Source of the DNA: Candidatus Iainarchaeum sp.
GTDB lineage: Archaea; Iainarchaeota; Iainarchaeia; JAGGVJ01
Length of the DNA: 43,809 nt
Assembly: GCA_021158055.1 (NCBI GenBank)
Contig: JAGGVJ010000038.1
Span: forward strand, 1-43,809
Reading direction: 5' to 3'
Under the pieces are notes generated by a model. It made no database searches, was not told where the DNA came from, and saw only the letters and a program-made list of their open reading frames with translations. Below are positions 35,362 through 43,809 of the stretch, in pieces. How positions within the stretch are numbered: the first letter of the stretch is position 1; every line of letters begins with the position of its first letter. The translations under genes were made by a program, and so were the position numbers.

Positions 35362-36303
35362 ATGGAATCCGAAGTTGGATTTGACCCTAAATTGCTTGTG
35401 TTTGGAAGCACTTCTTTTGACAATCTCACCACTCCGATGGACAGGCAGCAGGTGGCTGGAGGGGCGGGGTATTATTCGGCTTGCGCGGCATCTTTTTTTA
35501 CTAAAGTGAAATTTCTTTCAAATATCGGACTTGATTTTCCTTCGCAGTATGTCGGTCTGATTGAGCGCCTGGGTGTTGATGTCAGCGATGTTTCGTTTGG
35601 AGGCAATTGCGCGCGTTTTCACATAACTTATGAGGATTTTCAGGATGCTAATTATGACTTTATAGATTTTGGGGTGTGCAAGGAACCGGTTGTTATCCCG
35701 GAGTCTGCAAAACAGATAAAAAATGTTCATTTTGCAACTTTGAACAGTGACATTTTGCTTGATTCGATTGATGTTCTCGGAAAAAGAAAGATTTATTCAA
35801 TGGATTCTCATTCAAGTGTTTTTAAACTGTTTCCTGACCAGTTTGTAGAAAGTATTTCCCGCGTTAAGGTCTTGTTTCTGAATCACGAGGAGGCAAGGAT
35901 GATTTCCTGCAGGAACAATGTGTCGGACACGATTGATGAGCTCCTTTCAGTCGGTCCGGAAATTGTTGTAATAAAGCAGGGAAAACACGGGGCTGTTGTC
36001 GGTTCAAAGAAGTTCAGCTTCAAGGTGCCGACTCTAAACGCATTGCAGGTTGTTGATCCGACGGGTGCGGGGGACTGTTTCAGTGCTTCTTTTGCAGGTT
36101 ATCTTGCGCAGTCAAAAAAGCGCATGACTTTGAATTCTGTGTTTGAGGGATTAATGCATGCAAGCGCGGTTTCTGCATTGGTTATTCAGGATTTCGGCCC
36201 GAATAAGTTGTTTTCGGTAAGCCGCAAGGACATATCCAATGTCATGGATACTGCAAGCTGCGGCGTGGACCTGGATCTGGAAAAGGCGGTTGCAAATTAT
36301 TGA
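35362..36303 (+). CDS. PfkB/ribokinase family kinase
   Basis: GGAGYYSA, FLNHEEA, IKQGKHGA and DPTGAGDCF. Confidence 0.93.
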   Translation: MESEVGFDPKLLVFGSTSFDNLTTPMDRQQVAGGAGYYSACAASFFTKVKFLSNIGLDFPSQYVGLIERLGVDVSDVSFGGNCARFHITYEDFQDANYDFIDFGVCKEPVVIPESAKQIKNVHFATLNSDILLDSIDVLGKRKIYSMDSHSSVFKLFPDQFVESISRVKVLFLNHEEARMISCRNNVSDTIDELLSVGPEIVVIKQGKHGAVVGSKKFSFKVPTLNALQVVDPTGAGDCFSASFAGYLAQSKKRMTLNSVFEGLMHASAVSALVIQDFGPNKLFSVSRKDISNVMDTASCGVDLDLEKAVANY

Positions 36304-36450
36304 ATTTAATCAATTGCAGGTATTTTTCCAAAGGCCAATAAAAAGATAATCAAATACTAATAAAAACAGTTTCATACATAATATATTATACTTTTTTGCC
36401 AAAAAACATATTTTTAGTAAATTTAACTCATGCAGCTGATTTTTATTTGC

Positions 36451-36548
36451 GGGCCCGTAGCTCAGTCTGGCTAGAGGAATTTTTTTCCGGCTAAAGCACC
36501 TGGCTTTTAACCAGGGAGTCGCGGGTTCAAATCCCGTCGGGCCCGCCA
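36451..36548 (+). tRNA. tRNA-Lys(TTT) with 20-nt intron at position 22/23 (36475-36494)
   Basis: Same body as 32109-32207, with anticodon arm CCTGG-CT-TTT-AA-CCAGG and encoded CCA. Confidence 0.93.
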
Positions 36549-36640
36549 TAACTGGTTTTTTGTTTGTTAAACACTGATTGTTCGTCAATTATCGAAGTGA
36601 ACATATTTATTTGTGGAAAGTCTTAATTTTGTTGAGTTTT

Positions 36641-37651
36641 ATGGGTGAAAATATGTATGATGACCTTTTTTCGATTTTAAAACAAAACTCTTCCTTGATA
36701 GAAGAAGAGTTTTTGAAGTTTTTTAGTGCGGGTTTTAAACCAAAGCTTTTGTACAAGCCAATCAGGGAGTTTCTGGTTGACGGCGGCAAGAAAGCAAGGC
36801 CAACAATGTGTATGCTTGCCTGTGAGGGATTCTGCAGTCCGCCGAAGGATCTGGTTAAGATTGCATCGGCAGTTGAATTGTTGCATAATTTTACCCTTGT
36901 TCACGATGACATCATTGATAATTCTGATGTGAGGCGAACCAACCCGACCATGCACAAGAAGTATGGTGTTCCGATTGCGATTCTTTCAGGGGACGTGATG
37001 TTTGCCTATGTTTTCAAGATAATTTCAGGCACAAGCTTTTCAGATGGGATTAAAGTTCGTCTTGTGAAGCTTTTTTCCGAAAAAAGTATTGAGCTTGGCC
37101 AGGGGGAAGTGCATCAGATTGAAGCAGTTCATTCAAACACTCTTGACGAGAATGTTTATGCAAGGGTCGCTCAAAAAAAGACTTCCGCTCTTTTTGATGT
37201 CGCCATGCTCAGCGGGGCAATAGTCGGCGGGGCAACAGATGATGCTCTTGAAAAACTTCTTATTTATTCAAACAAGCTTGGGTTGGCTTTTCAGGTCCGC
37301 GATGACATCCTTGACCTGACCGGAGAAGAAAATATCATCGGAAAGAAAAGCGGGAACGACATAAAGGAAGGCAAAAGAACCCTTATTACAATTCACGCGC
37401 TGAATCATCTGCCAAGAGACAAAAGCAGGGTGCTTAGTGGCATTTTAAACATTCCGGCCAGGCGCACGACAGACAATGACGTGCGGGATGCAATGGCGTT
37501 GATTCACGAGGCTGATTCCATTAAGTTTGCACAGGAGTTTGCCGAGAACCTTGGAAAGGAAGGTATTGGGGCGTTGGGTGTTATTCCAAACGAGCGGGTC
37601 AGGACCGTGTTTGTGGATTTGATGAATTTTGCAATTCAAAGGGATAATTGA
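36641..37651 (+). CDS. idsA: Short-chain polyprenyl (GGPP-type) diphosphate synthase
   Basis: GGKKARP, HNFTLVHDDIID (Phe at -5 from FARM), KKT, FQVRDDILD and DIKEGKRT. Confidence 0.88.
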   Translation: MGENMYDDLFSILKQNSSLIEEEFLKFFSAGFKPKLLYKPIREFLVDGGKKARPTMCMLACEGFCSPPKDLVKIASAVELLHNFTLVHDDIIDNSDVRRTNPTMHKKYGVPIAILSGDVMFAYVFKIISGTSFSDGIKVRLVKLFSEKSIELGQGEVHQIEAVHSNTLDENVYARVAQKKTSALFDVAMLSGAIVGGATDDALEKLLIYSNKLGLAFQVRDDILDLTGEENIIGKKSGNDIKEGKRTLITIHALNHLPRDKSRVLSGILNIPARRTTDNDVRDAMALIHEADSIKFAQEFAENLGKEGIGALGVIPNERVRTVFVDLMNFAIQRDN

Positions 37652-37719
37652 TTGTTGGTTGTTTTGAGTTGGTAAGTAATTTCAGAGGTCTTTTACTGGA
37701 TTTATTGGGGGTTGGTAGT

Positions 37720-38799
37720 GTGGAGGAAATAAAAGCGTATCTGAAGGAAAAAAAGCCGTTTATTGATTCAAAGATAGAAAAGTATATTCCAAGGGAATAT
37801 ACTCAGGAGAGCCTTGATTTTTCACTTGGTCCTGCCCGTTACAGTTATGATCTTGAGGCTCCGAACGAAGCGCTCGCAAAAGTCATCTGGGAGTTTTTGG
37901 ACAGGGGCGGGAAGCGCTGGAGGCCGGCTATGTTTTTGCTTTTGGCAGATGCCTTGGGCGGAGATGTTGATGAGTTGGGTGATTTTGTACTGGTACCTGA
38001 AGTTGTTCACAATGGTACTCTTTTGGTGGATGATATTGAAGACAGGGGTGAGTTGAGAAGAGGCAAACCTTGCAGTCACTTGGTTTTTGGGGTGGATGTT
38101 GCGGTGAATGCGGGAAACGCGATGTATTTCCTGCCTATTTTGGCGTTTATGAAAAACCGCGGCAGGTTTCCTGCTGAAACAATGCTTGATGCGTATGAGA
38201 TTTATTCGCAGGAAATGGTCAATCTTCACTTTGGCCAGGCAATGGATATCTGGTGGCACGGTGGCAAGGGTTCTTCTGATTTGATAGCTGAAAATGAATA
38301 CCTTCAGATGTGCGCTTACAAGACCGGGACTTTGGCGAGGATGAGTGCCAAGCTTGCGGGTGTTTTTGCCGGCGCTTCAAAGGAAGTGATTGAGTCTCTC
38401 GGAAAGTTCGCTGAGTCAGTTGGCGTGGCTTTTCAGATACAGGATGACCTGCTGGACATTTCCCTTAAGGAAAGCGAACGCGGTGAGTTTGGAAAAACTT
38501 TCGGAAATGACATAAAGGAAGGCAAACGCACTTTGATGATCATTCACACCCTGAAAAACGCGTCGCAGGAAGACAGGAAAAGGCTTATTGAAATACTGCG
38601 CGCCCATACAAGTGATAAAGACCTTTTCTGTGAGGCTTTGGCATTGCTTGAAAAGTATGGCTCTGCAGGGTATGCAAGGGAAAAGGCAAAAAGCCTTGTG
38701 AAGGAATCCTGGGCAGAAGTGGAAAAAGTGCTTGAGCCGGGCGAAGCAAAAGAAAAACTGCAGAGTTTTGTTGAATTTTTGATAAACAGGAAAATTTAG
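37720..38799 (+). CDS. Second polyprenyl diphosphate synthase, predicted longer-chain
   Basis: GGKRWRP, HNGTLLVDDIED (Gly at -5), RRGKP, GQAMD, YKT and FQIQDDLLD. Probable GTG start at 37720. Confidence 0.88.
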   Translation: MEEIKAYLKEKKPFIDSKIEKYIPREYTQESLDFSLGPARYSYDLEAPNEALAKVIWEFLDRGGKRWRPAMFLLLADALGGDVDELGDFVLVPEVVHNGTLLVDDIEDRGELRRGKPCSHLVFGVDVAVNAGNAMYFLPILAFMKNRGRFPAETMLDAYEIYSQEMVNLHFGQAMDIWWHGGKGSSDLIAENEYLQMCAYKTGTLARMSAKLAGVFAGASKEVIESLGKFAESVGVAFQIQDDLLDISLKESERGEFGKTFGNDIKEGKRTLMIIHTLKNASQEDRKRLIEILRAHTSDKDLFCEALALLEKYGSAGYAREKAKSLVKESWAEVEKVLEPGEAKEKLQSFVEFLINRKI

Positions 38800-38857
38800 G
38801 CTGGTTCGGCAAGCCACCTGCAAAAACTTTTTATCTTACCGGGCGCTTTTTCTCTTC

Positions 38858-40036
38858 ATGGAAAAATACGATGTTATTGTAGTGGGTGCGGGTCCGGCCG
38901 GTTCTACTTGTGCTTCAGTCACTGCGATTGGTGGTTTAAGTACTCTGGTGCTTGAAAGAGACAGTTATCCTGGGGAAAACAAAGTGTGCGGGGGTGGTCT
39001 TCGCGCAGGCCTTTTGGATGCTTTTTTTGTGGATAAGTGTGTCATTGAACATGAAGTAAGACACATTACTTTTTTTGGCTCTGACGGGGATTATGCAAAA
39101 ATTGATTTGCTTACTTCTCTTGGAGCAACTGTTGACAGGAAAAAGTTTGATAACTGGCTTGCCGAACGCGCTGTCAAGGAAGGGGCAGAGCTTCGCACAA
39201 AAACTCAGGTTGAATCCATTATAATGGAGGGTGGTAAAGCCAGAGGTGTTGTTGCAAAAGACCTTTCAACCGGAAAGGTTTACAAGGCTTTTGGGGATGT
39301 TATTGTCGGTGCAGATGGCATTGGTTCTTTGGTTTCCGGTCAGGCAGGGTTTAACCACACGTTAAATGAAAAAAATACTGCTCTTTGTTTTGAACGCGAT
39401 TTTGTTCTGCCTTCTTCTGATATAAATTTGCTTGTCGGGGATTCTTTTGAAATGTATTTTGACGCATCGCGCGTTCCTGAAGGCTTTGGCTGGGTTTTCC
39501 CTAAAAAGAACGTGCTTACTGTTGGAGTGGGCTCTTTGATGTCAAAAATGAACCTGAACATCAAAGATCATTTTAATCTTTTTTTGCAGGATGAAAGGGT
39601 AAAGAAAAAAATTGCGGGAGCCAAACCTCTTGAGCCAAAGTCTCACACCATTTATTTTGGAAAGCCTTTTGACAGGATTGTAAAAAATAACATTATTTTA
39701 ACCGGTTCTGCGGCAGGTCTGGTCGGGCCGTTTTTAGGGGAAGGGATTTATTATGCAATGAGGTCCGGCGAGCTTGCCGGAAAACAGATAGTTGAAGCAA
39801 ATTTTTCCGATACGACTTTAAGGCCGTATGAGGAAAAAATAAAAAATGAATTTTACCCTTTTTTGAACTATGCTTTGACTTTGAGAAAACTTCTTTTCAA
39901 AAACGAGAATTACAACAAATTTATCAAGGTTTTGAACATGTCTGGCACAGTCAGAAAAAGTTTCATATCACACATATTAAAAACATCCACTCCGAATCTT
40001 TTTGAGAGGCTGATTTTGAGAATTTGGCTTATTTGA
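38858..40036 (+). CDS. Geranylgeranyl reductase family flavoprotein
   Basis: VVGAGPAG, KVCGGG, DRKKFD, GADG, PEGFGWVFPK and GSAAGLVGPFLGEGI. Confidence 0.9.
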   Translation: MEKYDVIVVGAGPAGSTCASVTAIGGLSTLVLERDSYPGENKVCGGGLRAGLLDAFFVDKCVIEHEVRHITFFGSDGDYAKIDLLTSLGATVDRKKFDNWLAERAVKEGAELRTKTQVESIIMEGGKARGVVAKDLSTGKVYKAFGDVIVGADGIGSLVSGQAGFNHTLNEKNTALCFERDFVLPSSDINLLVGDSFEMYFDASRVPEGFGWVFPKKNVLTVGVGSLMSKMNLNIKDHFNLFLQDERVKKKIAGAKPLEPKSHTIYFGKPFDRIVKNNIILTGSAAGLVGPFLGEGIYYAMRSGELAGKQIVEANFSDTTLRPYEEKIKNEFYPFLNYALTLRKLLFKNENYNKFIKVLNMSGTVRKSFISHILKTSTPNLFERLILRIWLI

Positions 40037-40218
40037 CTTGTTGATATGTTGATAATTACTTGATTTTTTTGAAGTTTCCAAAAAATAAATTAGTTTACAA
40101 ATAGTTTTAAAAAAGAGCTTTCACTATGGTTTTTAAAAGCCCTGTATCTTATATTTGGTTGTTAGTTATTGTAAAATTTACTGGATTAAAACAAGGTATC
40201 GGTGATTCTTTTTTGGAA

Positions 40219-40503
40219 ATGTCCAAAATGTTTAATACTGGTGACAAAAAGTTGTCGAAAAAAACTTCGGAAGTTTATTCAATAATTGCTTCCGAGTGGC
40301 CTGTTAATCCGTGTTTTGTAGCTAAAAAACTGGGGGAACACGTTTCCGAAAAAACACGAAAAAGAATATCTTCAAAGTACCTTTATCACTTTAAAAAACT
40401 TTACGATCAAGGACACATAATGATGAAAACAGTAGGAAATACAAAAATAGCCTGGGCAATGCAAGTTGAAAAATACAGGGTTATTGATGAGTTATTAGGG
40501 TGA
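40219..40503 (+). CDS. Small winged-HTH-like protein
   Basis: SD GGTGAT, VYSIIASEWPVNPCFVAKKL...YHFKKLYDQGHI. Its stop directly abuts the V4R gene start. Confidence 0.65.
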   Translation: MSKMFNTGDKKLSKKTSEVYSIIASEWPVNPCFVAKKLGEHVSEKTRKRISSKYLYHFKKLYDQGHIMMKTVGNTKIAWAMQVEKYRVIDELLG

Positions 40504-41088
40504 TTGCGGTTGTTTGACCTATTTAAGAAATTGATGGTTGCCAGACAGATTCGTTTTGATGAGGGGTGTTTAGTTTTGCTGGGTCAAGCAGTAGTGATGA
40601 CTCCAAATTCTACTCTTGTTAAAATACAAGAATCTCTTTCAAAATATGGTTTAGAAAATATTATTTATTATTCTGCTAAAGAAACTGGTTTAGACTGGTT
40701 TATAAAAATGAATCAGTCATATGGAATTAGTATTAAAAATATGCCTAAGTGGGGTATTGATACTGTTTCTTTGGCGGGGTTTGGTAGACCAAAGGTTTTA
40801 AAATTAGATATTAAAAATAAACAGTCAATTATTAATTTAGAAAATTCTATAATGAGTGAGTATATTGGCAGGAATGATAAATATGTTGATCATCTTTTTA
40901 GGGGTTTTATTGCTGGTACAGCAACAATGATATTTGGTGAACCATCTGATGCAATAGAAGTGAAGTGTAAATCTAAAGGTGATGCTTATTGTCAATTTGT
41001 TCTTAAACCAACTAATCAATTTGACTTAAGAAATAAAGAAGTTAAAGAACAATTATCTTTGCCGCAAGGTAATAAAAAAGGTGTTTGA
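40504..41088 (+). CDS. V4R (4-vinyl reductase) domain protein
   Basis: LAGFG, DHLFRGFIAG and EVKCKSKGDAYCQF (E..C...G...C.F motif). Confidence 0.9.
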   Translation: MRLFDLFKKLMVARQIRFDEGCLVLLGQAVVMTPNSTLVKIQESLSKYGLENIIYYSAKETGLDWFIKMNQSYGISIKNMPKWGIDTVSLAGFGRPKVLKLDIKNKQSIINLENSIMSEYIGRNDKYVDHLFRGFIAGTATMIFGEPSDAIEVKCKSKGDAYCQFVLKPTNQFDLRNKEVKEQLSLPQGNKKGV

Positions 41089-42166
41089 AGTAGAGATTAA
41101 TATTCAAGGAGCGGGTTTAGCCGGATTGTCTTCAGCGATTTTTCTTTCTAATGTTGGTATAAATGTCTCTGTTGCAGAAAAATATAGTCACATTGGCATT
41201 GCACATAATGAAAATACGCAAGCTATGCGAAATTATGGCCAAGGGGAAGATTTGTTAAGTGAATTTAAAAATATGGGTTTAAAACTAAAAAATTTAAAAC
41301 CGATTTATAGAATAAATAAATATGCTCCTTCTCTTAGGAAATCAATAATATATTCAAAAGATAAACCATTATTTTATGTTTTTAAAAGAGGACCAAGAGA
41401 AGATTCCATAGATCATCAATTATATGATCAAGCAATTTCTAACGGCACAAATTTTAATTTTTCTTATTCGTTTAAAAATTCTGAAATAGATGTTGTGGCT
41501 AGAGGGTCAACTTATAATACTGGATTTGGTTATGGTAAGGTATTTCAAGATGTTGACATCGATGATGATTTGATTCATTTTTTGTTAGATAATAAGTATG
41601 CACCTGACGGTTATATTTATGCATTACCCTTTGGTAAACATGAAATAACAATTGCCAGTACTTCGTTTAGAAAGAATGTTTTTGAATTGAAAAAGCTTTT
41701 TGATAAATTTATGGTAGAAAACAAAGTATTTAGTGAATTGGTTGAGGGGGGCAGTATTAAACATGATTTTAGTGGCACTGGATTTTATTCACTGCCAAAA
41801 ACAGCGGTTATTGGAAGAAAATATTATGTTGGGGGTGCTGCAGGATTTGTTGAAGCTTCACGTGGTTTTGGTGATTATTATGCTGTAAAATCTGGTTTTC
41901 ATGTTTCTCGGGCTATTAACGAAAAGTTGGATTATGATAAATTATGGAGAGATGATTTTGGAAAGGAGTTATTTGAAGGATTTTCTAAAAGGATGTTCTT
42001 ACGGGGACTGGACAATTCAGGTTATGAAAAATTAATACCTAAAAAGGAAAAGGTAGAGATTAGTGAGTATGCAAAATTATCAAAAAGAATTTTAAAATTT
42101 TTTTTAGAGTTGTATTCTGTTAAAAAGTTGAATAATTGGAGGCAAGAGTATCCGTTGATACCTTAA
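41081..42166 (+). CDS. FAD-dependent oxidoreductase, GGR-like divergent
   Basis: GAGLAG, RGPREDSID, YAPDGYIY and VGGAAGF...GFG. Lacks the CG motif after the Rossmann fold. Confidence 0.85.
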   Translation: MFEVEINIQGAGLAGLSSAIFLSNVGINVSVAEKYSHIGIAHNENTQAMRNYGQGEDLLSEFKNMGLKLKNLKPIYRINKYAPSLRKSIIYSKDKPLFYVFKRGPREDSIDHQLYDQAISNGTNFNFSYSFKNSEIDVVARGSTYNTGFGYGKVFQDVDIDDDLIHFLLDNKYAPDGYIYALPFGKHEITIASTSFRKNVFELKKLFDKFMVENKVFSELVEGGSIKHDFSGTGFYSLPKTAVIGRKYYVGGAAGFVEASRGFGDYYAVKSGFHVSRAINEKLDYDKLWRDDFGKELFEGFSKRMFLRGLDNSGYEKLIPKKEKVEISEYAKLSKRILKFFLELYSVKKLNNWRQEYPLIP

Positions 42167-43041
42167 ATTAGTAAAGTTGCTATTCCAAAGAGCAGTTCTA
42201 TTATTAATATTAAACCCATTCCAAAGTTGACAATTGGTGCTTGAGTTTTAACATTTTCAAAATTAGTTATATTGTAATTTTTTGAAAGTTTATAAGCTAT
42301 TAATGAAATAAAAATTGCCAAGGTTGATGGGAATATAAATTTATTATCAACTAAATTGATTAAAGAAGAAATTGCAATAATTAAAAGTGTTATTATTAGA
42401 ATGAAGAATATTAACTTTACGGAATTTTCATTTCCAATTAAAACAGGGATTGTTTTTATATTCATTTGTTTTTCAGTTTCCATATCTTCTAAATCTTTTA
42501 TAGTTGCGATATTTATTGCTAATACATAAAAGAAAAGGAAAAATAAAATTGGGAAATGGTCAACTGGGCTAATTAACCAAACACAAATGAAAGGAATTGC
42601 ACCATATAAAGTTCCACCAACTAAATTAGATAATCCCAGTTTTGTTTTTAATCTGATTGGAGGTAAAGAATATACAATTGAAATTAGAATAAATAACAGC
42701 ATTAAGCTGGTTGTTAGGATATTCGTGGGTAAGGTAAATATTATTGAGATTATAAAGAACAGAATACTTATGTAAAACGCTGTTTCTTTTTTTATTTTGC
42801 TGCTTGGTATTGGTCTGTTTGGTTTACTAATTTTGTCAATATTAATATCATAAACTTGATTAAAGGCATTTAACCCAAGTATAGCTAGTGAAAGAGAGAG
42901 TATAACTAATAACAAATTTGTATTGACATTTAAGTTTTGATTTATAATAATCCAAAACAAAATTGAATTGAATATAGTTATTGCAACATATTGAGGAACT
43001 GTTAAGTCAATAAATATTTTTATTTTTTTTATTAAGTTCAT
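42163..43041 (-). CDS. UbiA family prenyltransferase
   Basis: NQVYDINIDKISKPNRPIPS, YSLPPIRLK and KDLEDMETE, with about 9 TM helices. Confidence 0.92.
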   Translation of the reverse strand: MNLIKKIKIFIDLTVPQYVAITIFNSILFWIIINQNLNVNTNLLLVILSLSLAILGLNAFNQVYDINIDKISKPNRPIPSSKIKKETAFYISILFFIISIIFTLPTNILTTSLMLLFILISIVYSLPPIRLKTKLGLSNLVGGTLYGAIPFICVWLISPVDHFPILFFLFFYVLAINIATIKDLEDMETEKQMNIKTIPVLIGNENSVKLIFFILIITLLIIAISSLINLVDNKFIFPSTLAIFISLIAYKLSKNYNITNFENVKTQAPIVNFGMGLILIIELLFGIATLLI

Positions 43042-43050
43042 ATTATCGCT

Positions 43051-43809
43051 TTATTTTTTTAACAATGAATAAAAGTTGATTTTTCTTGAGTTTTCCCATA
43101 CTTCATTAAAGTCATTTTCTAATTTTTGAGCAAATTCACATTTTTTTCCAGAAGGTGAAAAAATGTGGATGATTATATCTGGGCGGGTATTGTTTAACAT
43201 ATCAAATATTGTTATTATGGCTTCTTTTTTTGATCTGATAAATGTATTGATATGTGCTTCTTTTTCCCGTAATTCAAACTGATTTTTAGCGAGATAAGTC
43301 ACTGTTTCGTTTACCCGATTTAATTCAAAAATATTCTCGATTAATTTAGGTAATAAAAAATGAAGTTTTCCTACTATTTTGATGGTGTTTCCTCTTTTTA
43401 GACAGTCTAAAAACACTTCTTCTGTTTTTTTATCAGAGAAATATTTTGTTTCAACCCCCCCACAGGCTAAAATAGTGTCTGATTCTGCTCTCTCTAACAT
43501 TTTTAAGTAATAATCAGTTAATTGTTCAACGGAATTTATTTTAATCAATTTAAAAATATCTTTTACTTCGTTGTCTTGGTGTTGTTCATGTATGCTGATT
43601 TTTTCAAGTAGTTCGTTTTTTGTGTTGTTGATTTCTTTTTGTTTTGTTTGGAATGCTTTTTCTATGTTTTTGTTTGTGTTTATTATGAAGAATTGTTTTG
43701 GGTTGCTTTCTTGTGATTCAATTAGTTTTTTTCGTTCGAGTTCGGTTAGTGTGTCGTATATTCTTCCTCTTGGAACCCCTGATTCCTTGCTTATTTCAAA
43801 GGCGCTCAT
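43051..43809 (-). CDS. TrmB family transcriptional regulator (5' end probably beyond the window)
   Basis: SAFEISKESGVPRGRIYDTL..L...LIE, followed by a PLD-like effector domain ending FNEVWENS. Confidence 0.9.
   Translation of the reverse strand: MSAFEISKESGVPRGRIYDTLTELERKKLIESQESNPKQFFIINTNKNIEKAFQTKQKEINNTKNELLEKISIHEQHQDNEVKDIFKLIKINSVEQLTDYYLKMLERAESDTILACGGVETKYFSDKKTEEVFLDCLKRGNTIKIVGKLHFLLPKLIENIFELNRVNETVTYLAKNQFELREKEAHINTFIRSKKEAIITIFDMLNNTRPDIIIHIFSPSGKKCEFAQKLENDFNEVWENSRKINFYSLLKK

Noticed and set aside
36310-36588. 92-aa minus-strand ORF sharing AGPTGFEPATP with ORF 32170-32658
   Set aside because: It is the antisense translation of tRNA-Lys(TTT), not a protein repeat.

Overview
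This is a 43.8-kb archaeal chromosomal segment. Archaeal markers include TFE, aTrm56, archaeal pilins, a COG1361 ABC locus and intron-containing tRNAs. The gene mix suggests a DPANN-type lineage such as Diapherotrites/Iainarchaeota, but that is inference only. Left to right: (1) an AT-rich decayed accessory region (1-4.7 kb) with a frameshifted STAS-like gene, a Bro-N remnant, an AAA+/wHTH ATPase and a doubly frameshifted asparaginase; (2) a stand-alone TnpB omega-RNA/IS200-IS605 right end near 7.2 kb; (3) a PurF-PurD fusion and a 5 x 16-bp AT tandem repeat; (4) a type IV pilin cluster, where one nested pilin/beta-sandwich/7-blade propeller protein appears split over two genes, the second also carrying an adhesin domain and six Ig repeats (the most striking finding); (5) an active plus degenerate KaiC-like pair, a COG1361/MacB-type ABC operon, tfe, trm56 and an MFS gene; (6) two tRNA-Lys genes (CTT, TTT) with nearly identical 22/23 introns, flanking a segment that holds an internally deleted RHH-tnpB element; (7) an isoprenoid locus (two prenyl synthases, GGR) continuing into a low-GC wHTH-V4R-flavoenzyme-UbiA-TrmB block. 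All family assignments are by motif recognition; no database searches were run.
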